A DNA stretch of 64,000 nt from Synechococcus sp. (GTDB lineage: Bacteria > Cyanobacteriota > Cyanobacteriia > PCC-6307 > Cyanobiaceae): positions 896,136-960,135 of the forward strand of contig JBJBDC010000001.1 in the NCBI GenBank assembly GCA_047285535.1, given 5' to 3'. The position numbers and the translations under genes are program-made. Positions 41,723-50,433 of this stretch are shown here, in pieces (the first letter of the stretch is position 1; each line of letters opens with the position of its first letter). A model generated the notes under the pieces. That model saw nothing but the letters and a program-made list of their open reading frames with translations. It did not search any database and was not told the DNA's origin.

Positions 41723-42480
41723 CCCGCCTCGTACAACTTGGAAAGGTCCGCAGACGTGATTTGTTCCGGAGCTTGATCCAGCACAAGGCAACCTTCACGT
41801 AAACCAATCACACGGTCAAAGCGATGGATCAGTTCGGGTTGATGCAAGCTGATCACAATGGCTTTAGCACCACAATCAAGTTGACCCTGCGGCGTGCGAT
41901 CAAGCAAATGATCCAATAGATCAGAGGCGATGGCGGGATCCAAGTTCGCTACAGGTTCATCCGCCAGGATCAGTTGCGGTTGTTGTCTGAGCAAACGCGC
42001 AAGGGCCACTCTTTGCCTTTGCCCCCCTGACAATTGGCGAATCGGAGCATCGATCAATCCACCATCGATGAGATCGGCATCCAGCCCTGCCCGCTGCAGA
42101 CAGTCCCTGCAAGCAGGTTGATCAATGTTAAATAACAGATTGGCCAATCCCCAGATCAGGTTGTGACGGCCTAAGGCCCCACAGTTGACGTTTTGTCCCA
42201 CATTGAGCTCTTCGACAAGAAGTAAGTCTTGCCAGAGCATTCCTATTTCTTTTTTTTTGCGTCGAGATATTGAGCGAATCGACTCACCGCACCAACGCAC
42301 ATGTCCCTGATCACAGCGGAGGCTGCCATTAGCGATAGCCAGCAATGTGCTCTTGCCAGCCCCGCTGCGTCCAAGCAAGGCGATTCTCTCTCCTTCGTAG
42401 ACCGAAAGGGAGATGGAGCAAAGTCGATCGCCCCTCGGTCCAGCCAGGCTGACCTCAGTCAAGTCGAGAAGAGATTTCAA
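41719..42480 (-). CDS. phnC: PhnC-like ABC ATPase
   Basis: GRSGAGKST, LSGGQRQRVALAR, DEPVANLDP, SLHQ. Confidence 0.85.
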   Translation of the reverse strand: MKSLLDLTEVSLAGPRGDRLCSISLSVYEGERIALLGRSGAGKSTLLAIANGSLRCDQGHVRWCGESIRSISRRKKKEIGMLWQDLLLVEELNVGQNVNCGALGRHNLIWGLANLLFNIDQPACRDCLQRAGLDADLIDGGLIDAPIRQLSGGQRQRVALARLLRQQPQLILADEPVANLDPAIASDLLDHLLDRTPQGQLDCGAKAIVISLHQPELIHRFDRVIGLREGCLVLDQAPEQITSADLSKLYEAG

Positions 42481-43391
42481 CGAATCTTGCCGAGTTTTCG
42501 ACCCACCTCCTCGATGGGTTTGTACTCCGATTCCTGCGCCGGAATGAAACGCTTGGCTGAAAACAGTTCAAGGATGGTTCTTTGTCGATCTGTCTTTGGG
42601 GTTAACCCAACAATGACCTTCTGGAGTTTTGTCGTAAATCCTTTGCCGAATCGTTGATCCAGATTTGGTCGCGCCACCCAGTGGTAATCCACGTAGGGAG
42701 GTGTTTTCCAGATCATTCGCACCTTGTCGGGATTCACGGTCCCATTCTTTACAGCGACATTCCAGACCAGCTCGTTGAGAGCACCCGCCTCGTAAGAGCC
42801 ACTCTGGACCAATGCGATGGTGGCGTCATGGCTGCCGCTAAAGCCAGCTTGTCCACCAGAAAATTGCTTCGGCGTCACACCGGCTTTGGCCAGAAAATGC
42901 TGAGGCATCAATCGCCCTGATGTTGAGCTTTCTGACCCAAAGGTGAACCGCTTTCCCTTAAAGGCTTTCAGACCTTCAATCCCCTTGATTGGTTTCAAAC
43001 CGGTGGCGGAGTTAGCAATGAAAACACTTTTAAATTTCTCATCAATTGCCCGTTGCGCCAGAACCTTGGAACCGGGTGTTTGAAGGCGTGCCTGAACGCC
43101 TGTAAGCCCACCAAACCAGACAAGATCAAGACTTCCTGTCCTGAAGGCACTGACGGCTGCTGGGTAATTACTGACTGGCACATAGCGCACGAGCACATTC
43201 AGTTTGTCGCTTAGTTCATCGGCAAGTTGGCCGTACCGACGATTCAATCGCTCTGGGTTTTGATCTGGAATCGCACCGATGCGTAATGTCTCTTTCGCAG
43301 TAGCAGGAAAGACCGTGGCACTCTGACTGCAAAGAAGAGCCAAAAGGACAACGGCCCCTTTTTGTCTGACCGGAGTCAGCTGGATTGTCAT
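42477..43391 (-). CDS. phnD: PhnD-like phosphonate/phosphite (or oxyanion) binding protein
   Basis: AIPDQNPE, DLVWFGGLTGVQAR, SESSTSGRLMP, GSHDAT. Confidence 0.88.
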   Translation of the reverse strand: MTIQLTPVRQKGAVVLLALLCSQSATVFPATAKETLRIGAIPDQNPERLNRRYGQLADELSDKLNVLVRYVPVSNYPAAVSAFRTGSLDLVWFGGLTGVQARLQTPGSKVLAQRAIDEKFKSVFIANSATGLKPIKGIEGLKAFKGKRFTFGSESSTSGRLMPQHFLAKAGVTPKQFSGGQAGFSGSHDATIALVQSGSYEAGALNELVWNVAVKNGTVNPDKVRMIWKTPPYVDYHWVARPNLDQRFGKGFTTKLQKVIVGLTPKTDRQRTILELFSAKRFIPAQESEYKPIEEVGRKLGKIR

Positions 43392-43410
43392 CGTTCGACA
43401 GTGTCTTGTT

Positions 43411-44589
43411 TTAGGAGTGACGGAGCAATCGCTTGAAGCGACTCAGCCCCTCTGCGATCGTCTCACTTGAAACAGCGCAGGAGAGCCTGACACAGCGATC
43501 ATCGCCAAAGGCACCACCGGGAACGATCGCCAGTCCTTCCTCCTCGAGAGCACGCTCACAAAAGACCAGCGAATCCGGAATGGCATCAGGCAACCTCGGA
43601 AACGCATAAAACGCACCCTTCGGAGGGACGAGCGTGATCCCATTCATTTGTTGAAGCCCCGCGCATAGCTCCAGTCGACGCGTGTTGTAGCTATCGGCCA
43701 TGCGGCGCACGCAATCTCGAGATCCCTGCAGTGCAGCTAGTGCTCCCCGTTGAGCAAAGCTACATACATTGCTTGTGCTTTGGCTTTGCAGGGCAACCGC
43801 AGCCTTAATCACCGTGCTGTCACCACTGAGATATCCGAGTCGCCAACCGGTCATGGCCCAGCCTTTAGCAAAACCGTTCACAACAAAACACCGCTCTCTG
43901 AGGTCTGGGGCTACGGCGGCAAAGCTGTGGTGGGATTCACCCTCTTCCAACAGATATTCGTAAATTTCATCACTCATCACCAGCAGGTTGGGATGCTTTC
44001 GCACCAGCTCTGCCAGGGCTTCTAGTTCACTGAGACTCAACACACGACCTGTTGGGTTGCCCGGTGAATTGAGCACCAGAACCTTGGTTAACGGGGTGAT
44101 GGATTGTTCAATCTTATGTAGATCAAGTCCAAACCCATCGGCAGCTGATGACGTCACTATGACTGGATTTCCACCTGCCAATCGAACAATTTCTGGATAG
44201 CTCAACCAATGAGGGGCTGGAATGATGACTTCATCACCTGGGTTCAGCAGAACTTGGAACAGGTTGTAAATCGCCTGTTTGCCGCCATTGGTCACTAAAA
44301 CCTGATCGGCCTCGGTGGGGATGTTGTTTTCAAGACTCAATTTCTGAGCGATGGCAGCGCGCAGCTCTGGATCGCCAGCAGCCGGGCCATACCGAGTGAT
44401 GCCATCCCTAAGGGCCTGAATCGCCGCCTCAACAATGAACGCTGGCGTCCCGAAGTCGGGTTCTCCTGCACTCAGGCTGCAAACATCAACACCCTGTTGC
44501 TGCAGGGCTTTTGCTCGGGCGCTGATGGCAAGTGTGAGCGATGGCTGCAGAGCCAAAGCTCGGTAAGAGAGAGATGGGGGGCCTGGCAT
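43411..44589 (-). CDS. aspC: Aspartate aminotransferase (class I/II)
   Basis: SAGEPDF, NSPGNPTG, SDEIYE, GFAKGWAMTGWRLGY. Confidence 0.88.
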   Translation of the reverse strand: MPGPPSLSYRALALQPSLTLAISARAKALQQQGVDVCSLSAGEPDFGTPAFIVEAAIQALRDGITRYGPAAGDPELRAAIAQKLSLENNIPTEADQVLVTNGGKQAIYNLFQVLLNPGDEVIIPAPHWLSYPEIVRLAGGNPVIVTSSAADGFGLDLHKIEQSITPLTKVLVLNSPGNPTGRVLSLSELEALAELVRKHPNLLVMSDEIYEYLLEEGESHHSFAAVAPDLRERCFVVNGFAKGWAMTGWRLGYLSGDSTVIKAAVALQSQSTSNVCSFAQRGALAALQGSRDCVRRMADSYNTRRLELCAGLQQMNGITLVPPKGAFYAFPRLPDAIPDSLVFCERALEEEGLAIVPGGAFGDDRCVRLSCAVSSETIAEGLSRFKRLLRHS

Positions 44590-44710
44590 CAACGCGGCAC
44601 CCCCTCGATGGGTGCTGGGGTATTTGCAACAACATCCTGCCTGATACAGCGACAGTGACAACTCTGTTCAACGGATGACAGCCTGGATCGACATGTTGAT
44701 CTTGCTGAAC

Positions 44711-45118
44711 ATGACAAAGGGCGAGACCTCCCTGAGTTGGGTTTTAGCGGCGAACAATCCGCAATCTCTCGCGCAGTTCTATGCCAGAGCTCTTGGAGGT
44801 TCCTTCCGCTCTGGACTGTCTGAGCATCACTGGATGGTGTCGCTACCCAACGGACAAATGCTTCAGGTTTACCGCCCTTCCAGTCAGCGACCCTGGCCTG
44901 TTCGAGGAGCTGCGCTATCTCCTTGTTTTCAGCGAAGCGGCATCGACAACAATCCAGAAGCTGATCTGGAGCAGTGGGTCAAGCACCTTGAATCATTGGG
45001 GGCGCGGCGGCGTGAATCCTCTCGACTCGAATCTTTTGGCGCTGAATGCTGGATGGAGGATCCAGAGGGACAGCCATTTCTCACGCTGATACTGCAGCAG
45101 GGTTCCTTTGACTCATAA
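44711..45118 (+). CDS. VOC/glyoxalase-like protein
   Basis: VLAANNPQSLAQFY...CWMEDPEGQPF. Confidence 0.75.
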   Translation: MTKGETSLSWVLAANNPQSLAQFYARALGGSFRSGLSEHHWMVSLPNGQMLQVYRPSSQRPWPVRGAALSPCFQRSGIDNNPEADLEQWVKHLESLGARRRESSRLESFGAECWMEDPEGQPFLTLILQQGSFDS

Positions 45119-45144
45119 GGTCTTGGGTGGATCAACCCGGACGA

Positions 45145-45747
45145 ATGTCTTTAGAGGACTTCGAGACATCGTGTCGCCAATGTCAGCGATGTGAATTAGC
45201 AAAAGAACGCAAGCAAGTCGTGATCAGTCGCGGGCATGTCTCTGCTCGGCTGATGGTGATTGGTGAGGCACCAGGCGCTGAAGAAGACGCTCAGGGAAGT
45301 CCCTTTGTCGGTCGATCCGGACGACTTTTAGATGAATGCCTTGCACAAGTGGGTCTGCATCGAGCGGAAGATGCTTATATCTGCAATTTGATCAAGTGCC
45401 GCCCTCCTGGGAATCGACGCCCAACCCAAGCAGAAATCACGGCTTGCAGGCCCTGGCTCGATCATCAAATTTCTGAGGTCAATCCAGCAATCCTTTTGCT
45501 TCTCGGGACGACTGCTGCGGCGACGATGCTGGAGTGCCGAACACCGATTAGTCGCTTAAGAGGTCAGTGGACGCGCTGGGAAGGACGCCATGTCATGCCT
45601 AGTTTTCACCCCTCATATCTGTTAAGAAATCCCTCGCGAGATCCTGGTAAACCCCGATCACTGTTCTTGGCTGATCTGGCCTGCGTAAAGCGCGGATTGA
45701 ACGGGGCTGTGTCAGGGTTATGGCCTGATTCGAGCGATCCTGGATGA
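45145..45747 (+). CDS. Uracil-DNA glycosylase family 4
   Basis: CxxCxxC Fe-S motif, [27 protein letters not shown]. Confidence 0.93.
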   Translation: MSLEDFETSCRQCQRCELAKERKQVVISRGHVSARLMVIGEAPGAEEDAQGSPFVGRSGRLLDECLAQVGLHRAEDAYICNLIKCRPPGNRRPTQAEITACRPWLDHQISEVNPAILLLLGTTAAATMLECRTPISRLRGQWTRWEGRHVMPSFHPSYLLRNPSRDPGKPRSLFLADLACVKRGLNGAVSGLWPDSSDPG

Positions 45748-46937
45748 CCGCCTCGCAGCGTTACGACACACGGATTCACCGACGGAAGACACGCACCGTG
45801 ATGATTGGCGATGTGCCAATTGGAAGTGAGCATCCGATCGCGGTGCAATCAATGATCAATGAAGACACGCTGGATATCGACGGTTCCGTCGCCGGCATTC
45901 TTCGCTTAGCAGATGCAGGATGCGAAATCGTACGTGTGACGACACCCTCAATCGCTCATGCCAAAGCCATGGGCAAGATTCGCTCAGCGCTTCGAGCCCA
46001 GGGATGCAACATGCCTCTGGTGGCTGATGTCCATCACAACGGAACGCGCATTGCGATTGAAGTCGCGAACCATGTCGACAAAGTGCGAATCAATCCAGGA
46101 TTATTTGTTTTTGATAAACCTGACCCCGATCGCCAGGAATTCAGCCAAGAAGAGTTTGATGCCATTGGCGATCGCATTAAAGAAACATTCGCTCCTCTGG
46201 TGAAGGTGTTGAGGCAACAAAACAAGGCCTTAAGAATCGGAGTCAATCACGGCTCCTTGGCCGAACGAATGTTGTTCACCTATGGAGATACCCCTCATGG
46301 AATGGTCGAATCGGCCATGGAGTTTGTACGCATCTGCGACTCACTCGACTTTCACAACATCGTGATTTCGATGAAGGCATCCCGTGCTCCGGTGATGCTG
46401 GCTGCTTATCGAATGATGGCCGACACCATGGATCGAGAGGGATTCAACTATCCATTGCACCTTGGTGTCACAGAAGCAGGTGATGGCGATTACGGCCGTA
46501 TCAAGAGCACTGCAGGAATTGCAACTCTATTGGCTGAAGGTCTTGGTGACACTTTGCGCGTGTCATTAACCGAAGCCCCTGAGAAGGAAATACCTGTCTG
46601 CTTCTCTATTTTGCAGGCGCTAGGAATCCGCAAGACAATGGTGGAATACGTGGCCTGCCCGAGCTGCGGTCGCACTTTGTTTAATCTTGAAGAAGTTCTA
46701 AATCAGGTCCGTGATGCTACCTCTCATCTAACCGGTCTAGACATTGCTGTGATGGGTTGCATTGTCAATGGACCCGGTGAAATGGCCGATGCTGACTACG
46801 GTTATGTCGGCAAGGGTCCTGGGGTGATCGCCCTCTATCGCAGTCGAGAAGAGATTCGAAAAGTACCCGAATCGGAGGGGGTTAAAGCCTTGATTCAGTT
46901 GATCAAGGACGATGGTCGCTGGGTTGAACCTGACTGA
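45744..46937 (+). CDS. ispG: (E)-4-hydroxy-3-methylbut-2-enyl diphosphate synthase
   Basis: [42 protein letters not shown]. Confidence 0.98.
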   Translation: MTASQRYDTRIHRRKTRTVMIGDVPIGSEHPIAVQSMINEDTLDIDGSVAGILRLADAGCEIVRVTTPSIAHAKAMGKIRSALRAQGCNMPLVADVHHNGTRIAIEVANHVDKVRINPGLFVFDKPDPDRQEFSQEEFDAIGDRIKETFAPLVKVLRQQNKALRIGVNHGSLAERMLFTYGDTPHGMVESAMEFVRICDSLDFHNIVISMKASRAPVMLAAYRMMADTMDREGFNYPLHLGVTEAGDGDYGRIKSTAGIATLLAEGLGDTLRVSLTEAPEKEIPVCFSILQALGIRKTMVEYVACPSCGRTLFNLEEVLNQVRDATSHLTGLDIAVMGCIVNGPGEMADADYGYVGKGPGVIALYRSREEIRKVPESEGVKALIQLIKDDGRWVEPD

Positions 46938-46964
46938 TGTCGTTAGGCTGTACGCAAGGTCCTA

Positions 46965-48326
46965 GTGGACAGCATGCCTGCTAAAAAATTCAGCTTCAAA
47001 GCCTCTCAACGTCGCAGCGTGTTGCTGGTACTCGGAGCTGGTGCTGTCAGTGCTGCGGTGGTTGTAGCTAATCCTGGCCTGGGCTTGCCAAGCACGACTT
47101 CTTCATCAATCACTAATAGCCCAAAAGAGGTGATTGATCAGGTTTGGCAAATCGTATATCGAGATTTTTTAGACTCCTCGGGTGGATATGACCTCAATCA
47201 ATGGTCAAATCTACGCAAGGATTTGCTCTCCAAATCCTATGCAGGCAGTGAAGAATCCTATGAAGCCATTCGAGGCATGCTTGCGAGTCTTGACGACCCG
47301 TATACCCGATTCCTTGACCCTAAAGAATTCAAGGAGATGCAAATTGACACCTCGGGAGAATTAACGGGTGTCGGCATTCAAATTTCCTTAGACAAAGACA
47401 CCAAAGAAATCGTTGTGGTGTCTCCCATCGAAGGCACACCTGCATCAAACGCAGGAGTTCAACCCAAGGATGTCATCGTCTCGATCGACGGTCAAACCAC
47501 GCAAGGAATGACCACTGAAGATGCTGTCAAGCTGATCCGTGGGACAGAGGGTAGCAAGGTAGTACTGGGATTGCGCCGTAAAGGGAGTGTCATCAATGTG
47601 CCCCTGGTTCGTTCTCGGATTGAAATCCATGCTGTTGACAGTCAGCTCAATACGAGTCCCGATGGCACCAAGGTGGGCTACATCCGACTGAAGCAATTCA
47701 ATGCGAATGCATCAAAAGAGATGCGCGAGGCGATACGAGATCTGGAAAAGCAGGGATCTCAGGGATACGTACTTGACCTACGCAGCAACCCGGGAGGGCT
47801 TCTTGAAGCGAGCGTTGACATTGCACGTCAGTGGCTAGATGAAGGCACGATTGTCAGCACCAAAACGCGTGAGGGCATTCAAGATGTCCGTCGTGCGACC
47901 GGAAATGCGTTAACTGACCGTCCTGTTGTAGTCCTCGTCAATGAAGGTTCAGCGAGTGCTAGCGAAATTCTTTCAGGAGCTCTTCAAGACAATGAACGAG
48001 GGCTACTAGTAGGGCAAAAGACCTTTGGCAAAGGGCTTGTGCAATCTGTCCGAGGGCTCTCCGATGGCTCTGGATTGACAGTCACCATCGCTAAGTACCT
48101 CACCCCAAATGGCACTGATATCCATAAGAACGGGATACGCCCAGATGTGCCTGTCGAGATGAGCGAGGAAGAAATCAAAAACCTGACTGTTGAACAATTA
48201 GGGACGAATAAAGATAGTCAGTACCGCGTGGCAGAAACCACCTTAATCAAAGCCTTGAAAGCACCTGAAGCTGGAAACGCCTATCAACCAGGACGTGCCA
48301 ACCTCCAGTCTGCACTTCAGCATTGA
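46965..48326 (+). CDS. ctpA: Carboxyl-terminal processing protease (S41, PDZ)
   Basis: DPYTRF, DLRSNPGGLL, SASASEI, TFGKG; the exact paralog (CtpA/B/C) is not certain. Confidence 0.88.
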   Translation: MDSMPAKKFSFKASQRRSVLLVLGAGAVSAAVVVANPGLGLPSTTSSSITNSPKEVIDQVWQIVYRDFLDSSGGYDLNQWSNLRKDLLSKSYAGSEESYEAIRGMLASLDDPYTRFLDPKEFKEMQIDTSGELTGVGIQISLDKDTKEIVVVSPIEGTPASNAGVQPKDVIVSIDGQTTQGMTTEDAVKLIRGTEGSKVVLGLRRKGSVINVPLVRSRIEIHAVDSQLNTSPDGTKVGYIRLKQFNANASKEMREAIRDLEKQGSQGYVLDLRSNPGGLLEASVDIARQWLDEGTIVSTKTREGIQDVRRATGNALTDRPVVVLVNEGSASASEILSGALQDNERGLLVGQKTFGKGLVQSVRGLSDGSGLTVTIAKYLTPNGTDIHKNGIRPDVPVEMSEEEIKNLTVEQLGTNKDSQYRVAETTLIKALKAPEAGNAYQPGRANLQSALQH

Positions 48327-48351
48327 TAATCGGAATAGATGACTCAATGAG

Positions 48352-48388
48352 TTCAGAATGAGAATGTTGATGACATTCTCATTCTGAA
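48352..48388. terminator. Perfect 16-bp inverted repeat after ctpA
   Basis: TTCAGAATGAGAATGT-TGATG-ACATTCTCATTCTGAA. Confidence 0.7.
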
Positions 48389-48752
48389 AGGTTCTCACCA
48401 ATAGAAACCGACGCAAACCACCAACAACCACCTACTTACAATTACTTAAGCAGACTTCTTCAAACATATTCGAATGGATATCAATTATCTCCAACGCTGT
48501 CGACCTAGAGGCTCTGCAGTCTCCAGTGCGACCTTTCAAACGGAAAACTTACCTCCACTCCATCTAACGAGGACTAGAGCGGATCAATTAAAAACATCCA
48601 TGCGCGGATAAAACAATTCATTCAACAACAGAGCCAAAAGAAACAAACACTGAAATGCATCAACAGATCAACAAGACTTCACAACACCAAAGCCTACATA
48701 GAAACATGCGAATCACAAGGAGAGTGATTCCAAAAACCAAACCAACACAACC

Positions 48753-49091
48753 TTGTTATATAAACCATTTCACAAAACACCAGTCATAGGCTATCGGCAA
48801 GTGGCTTTGGCAACATTTCAAGCTATCAATAGTTTAGACACTACCAGAAACCCAAGGTTGATTAAAATTAAATTCACAAAAGACCCTACCCCCTTAAATG
48901 GCACTTTATTCTTGGGTTGCAAAATTCCCGACCTACCACCAGATAACAACGAATGCTCCGGCAGGCTTAAAACCAGAAGAGATCTTGGAAAAATCAAAAG
49001 TGGAGATATAGAGTTTGACGCACCAAGTGATGACGGATTGGCACCTAGTGATTTCGTCGAGTTCATCACCAACTCAATCATTCAGCGATAA
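48753..49091 (+). CDS. Possible hypothetical protein or gene remnant
   Basis: 112-codon ORF in an AT-rich islet; C-terminal half looks protein-like (two Cys); weak TTG start. Confidence 0.3.
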   Translation: MLYKPFHKTPVIGYRQVALATFQAINSLDTTRNPRLIKIKFTKDPTPLNGTLFLGCKIPDLPPDNNECSGRLKTRRDLGKIKSGDIEFDAPSDDGLAPSDFVEFITNSIIQR

Positions 49092-49546
49092 GGGGCTAAT
49101 CCAAAACCTTCTTGCTCACTTCGAGTTCTCCCATAACTTAAACCTCGCTGAGTTGCGGGAATAACGGCTGTCCGAGGTGGCGAAATCTCACGGGCCCTTT
49201 GCACCAATTCATTGCATCCACCGGCTGATTGAATTGCATTGTCGACGCTGCTCAAAGGAATGCGTTGCCCCCAAGTCCTAGGCCATCCCCAGGTTTGTCC
49301 CTGACGTTGCAACAACGAAATCGCTTCGGCACGGTCTATCTCACCTGATCGCATCAGGCAGGTGGTGGTGGCCAATGTTGCCACTTGAAGATTGGGCGAT
49401 TGCACCGTACGCGTCGGGTAACCAGCAGGAATCTGTCGGATGATGGGAGATGGCATCGAGGTAATGCCAAGAGGTGATCTTGCGAGTCCACCTCCTCCCA
49501 ATTGCCCGAGAGCTGCGACTGCCAATTGCAAAAGAAGATTGTTCAT
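49082..49546 (-). CDS. Hypothetical exported protein
   Basis: Hydrophobic N-terminus, two Cys, ends SEQEGFGLAPYR. Confidence 0.65.
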   Translation of the reverse strand: MNNLLLQLAVAALGQLGGGGLARSPLGITSMPSPIIRQIPAGYPTRTVQSPNLQVATLATTTCLMRSGEIDRAEAISLLQRQGQTWGWPRTWGQRIPLSSVDNAIQSAGGCNELVQRAREISPPRTAVIPATQRGLSYGRTRSEQEGFGLAPYR

Positions 49547-49585
49547 AGGATGGTTGGTATTGGTGGAATGGTGGGTGGGATTGTC

Positions 49586-50086
49586 TTAAACGCGAACGGT
49601 TGAGCCGCAGTAGCGATCGAACAGCTTCAGGACATCATGGGCGGGAAGTCTTGCCGTGTAGCGTGCCTCGAGTTCTGCCACATGCTGATTGCGGGGGTAG
49701 GCCATGATCGAGCGCCATTCCTGACGCGCTTCACGTCTCAAAACTTGAGACATCATCAAATGATGCTGTGGATGAGTGATGGATCCACCAGAGCAACTCT
49801 GCATTCTGTGGGTCGCTTCGTGAGCGAGGGTATTCCAGACCTGCGCTGCATTTCGGTGGTTGCGGCACACGATCAACGTGTCGCTTTTCGGGTGATAAGC
49901 CCCCTGCAACCCCCGTCTTGAGCAATCACGTTGAAGCACCCTGACGCCATGGGCGGTCAGCTTGTTTCGCAAGGCATCAATCGCAGCCCATGTTTGAGCA
50001 TGAACTGGTGCTGATGACAACAACACCCACGGCATTATCAAAAAAAGAACTAACCCTTGCTTCAATAAATAAAGCGGCTTTGGCAT
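49586..50086 (-). CDS. Secreted minimal zincin-like (HEXXH) protein
   Basis: Signal peptide ending SAPVHA; TLAHEATHRMQSC; downstream ELEA as candidate third ligand. Confidence 0.72.
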   Translation of the reverse strand: MPKPLYLLKQGLVLFLIMPWVLLSSAPVHAQTWAAIDALRNKLTAHGVRVLQRDCSRRGLQGAYHPKSDTLIVCRNHRNAAQVWNTLAHEATHRMQSCSGGSITHPQHHLMMSQVLRREARQEWRSIMAYPRNQHVAELEARYTARLPAHDVLKLFDRYCGSTVRV

Positions 50087-50185
50087 CGCCCGCGCACTAG
50101 ATGCCTTAACAGCATCTAAGACAATGGCTCAAATAAATAACCGAACCGGGTAATCAATATGACTAAATGTCACTGAGGTGAAGCT

Positions 50186-50350
50186 TCAAGCTATGGGCTG
50201 CATCAACCCACCACCAGGAGACGAGTCATCATCATCATTTTCCGAATCGCTTTGCCAGAGTGCGAAAACTCCGAGGGCAACCACACCAACCAAACTGCCA
50301 AGAAGGCCAAACGAACTTCCCGTAGCAATTGGATCGATGAATTCGGCCAT
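50186..50350 (-). CDS. Small membrane protein, 54 aa (MAEFIDPIATGSSFGLLGSLVGVVALGVFALWQSDSENDDDDSSPGGGLMQPIA)
   Basis: Translated by hand; TM segment plus acidic DDDD-GGGLMQP tail typical of a picocyanobacterial small-protein family. Confidence 0.8.
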   Translation of the reverse strand: MAEFIDPIATGSSFGLLGSLVGVVALGVFALWQSDSENDDDDSSPGGGLMQPIA

Positions 50351-50433
50351 GAATACCAGGTTTTATACCGCCATGGTAACGAAGGATTGCGAAATGTGTT
50401 GAACTTTCTGGGCCACAGTCTTCGGGCCGTGGC

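Noticed and set aside
1354..46176. HIP1 (GCGATCGC) octamers
   Set aside because: Only a handful noticed in 64 kb, far from the density of HIP1-rich cyanobacteria
50150..50163. GTA-N8-GAC possible NtcA site upstream of the HEXXH gene
   Set aside because: Imperfect half-site and only a weak -10 (CATTGT); could be chance
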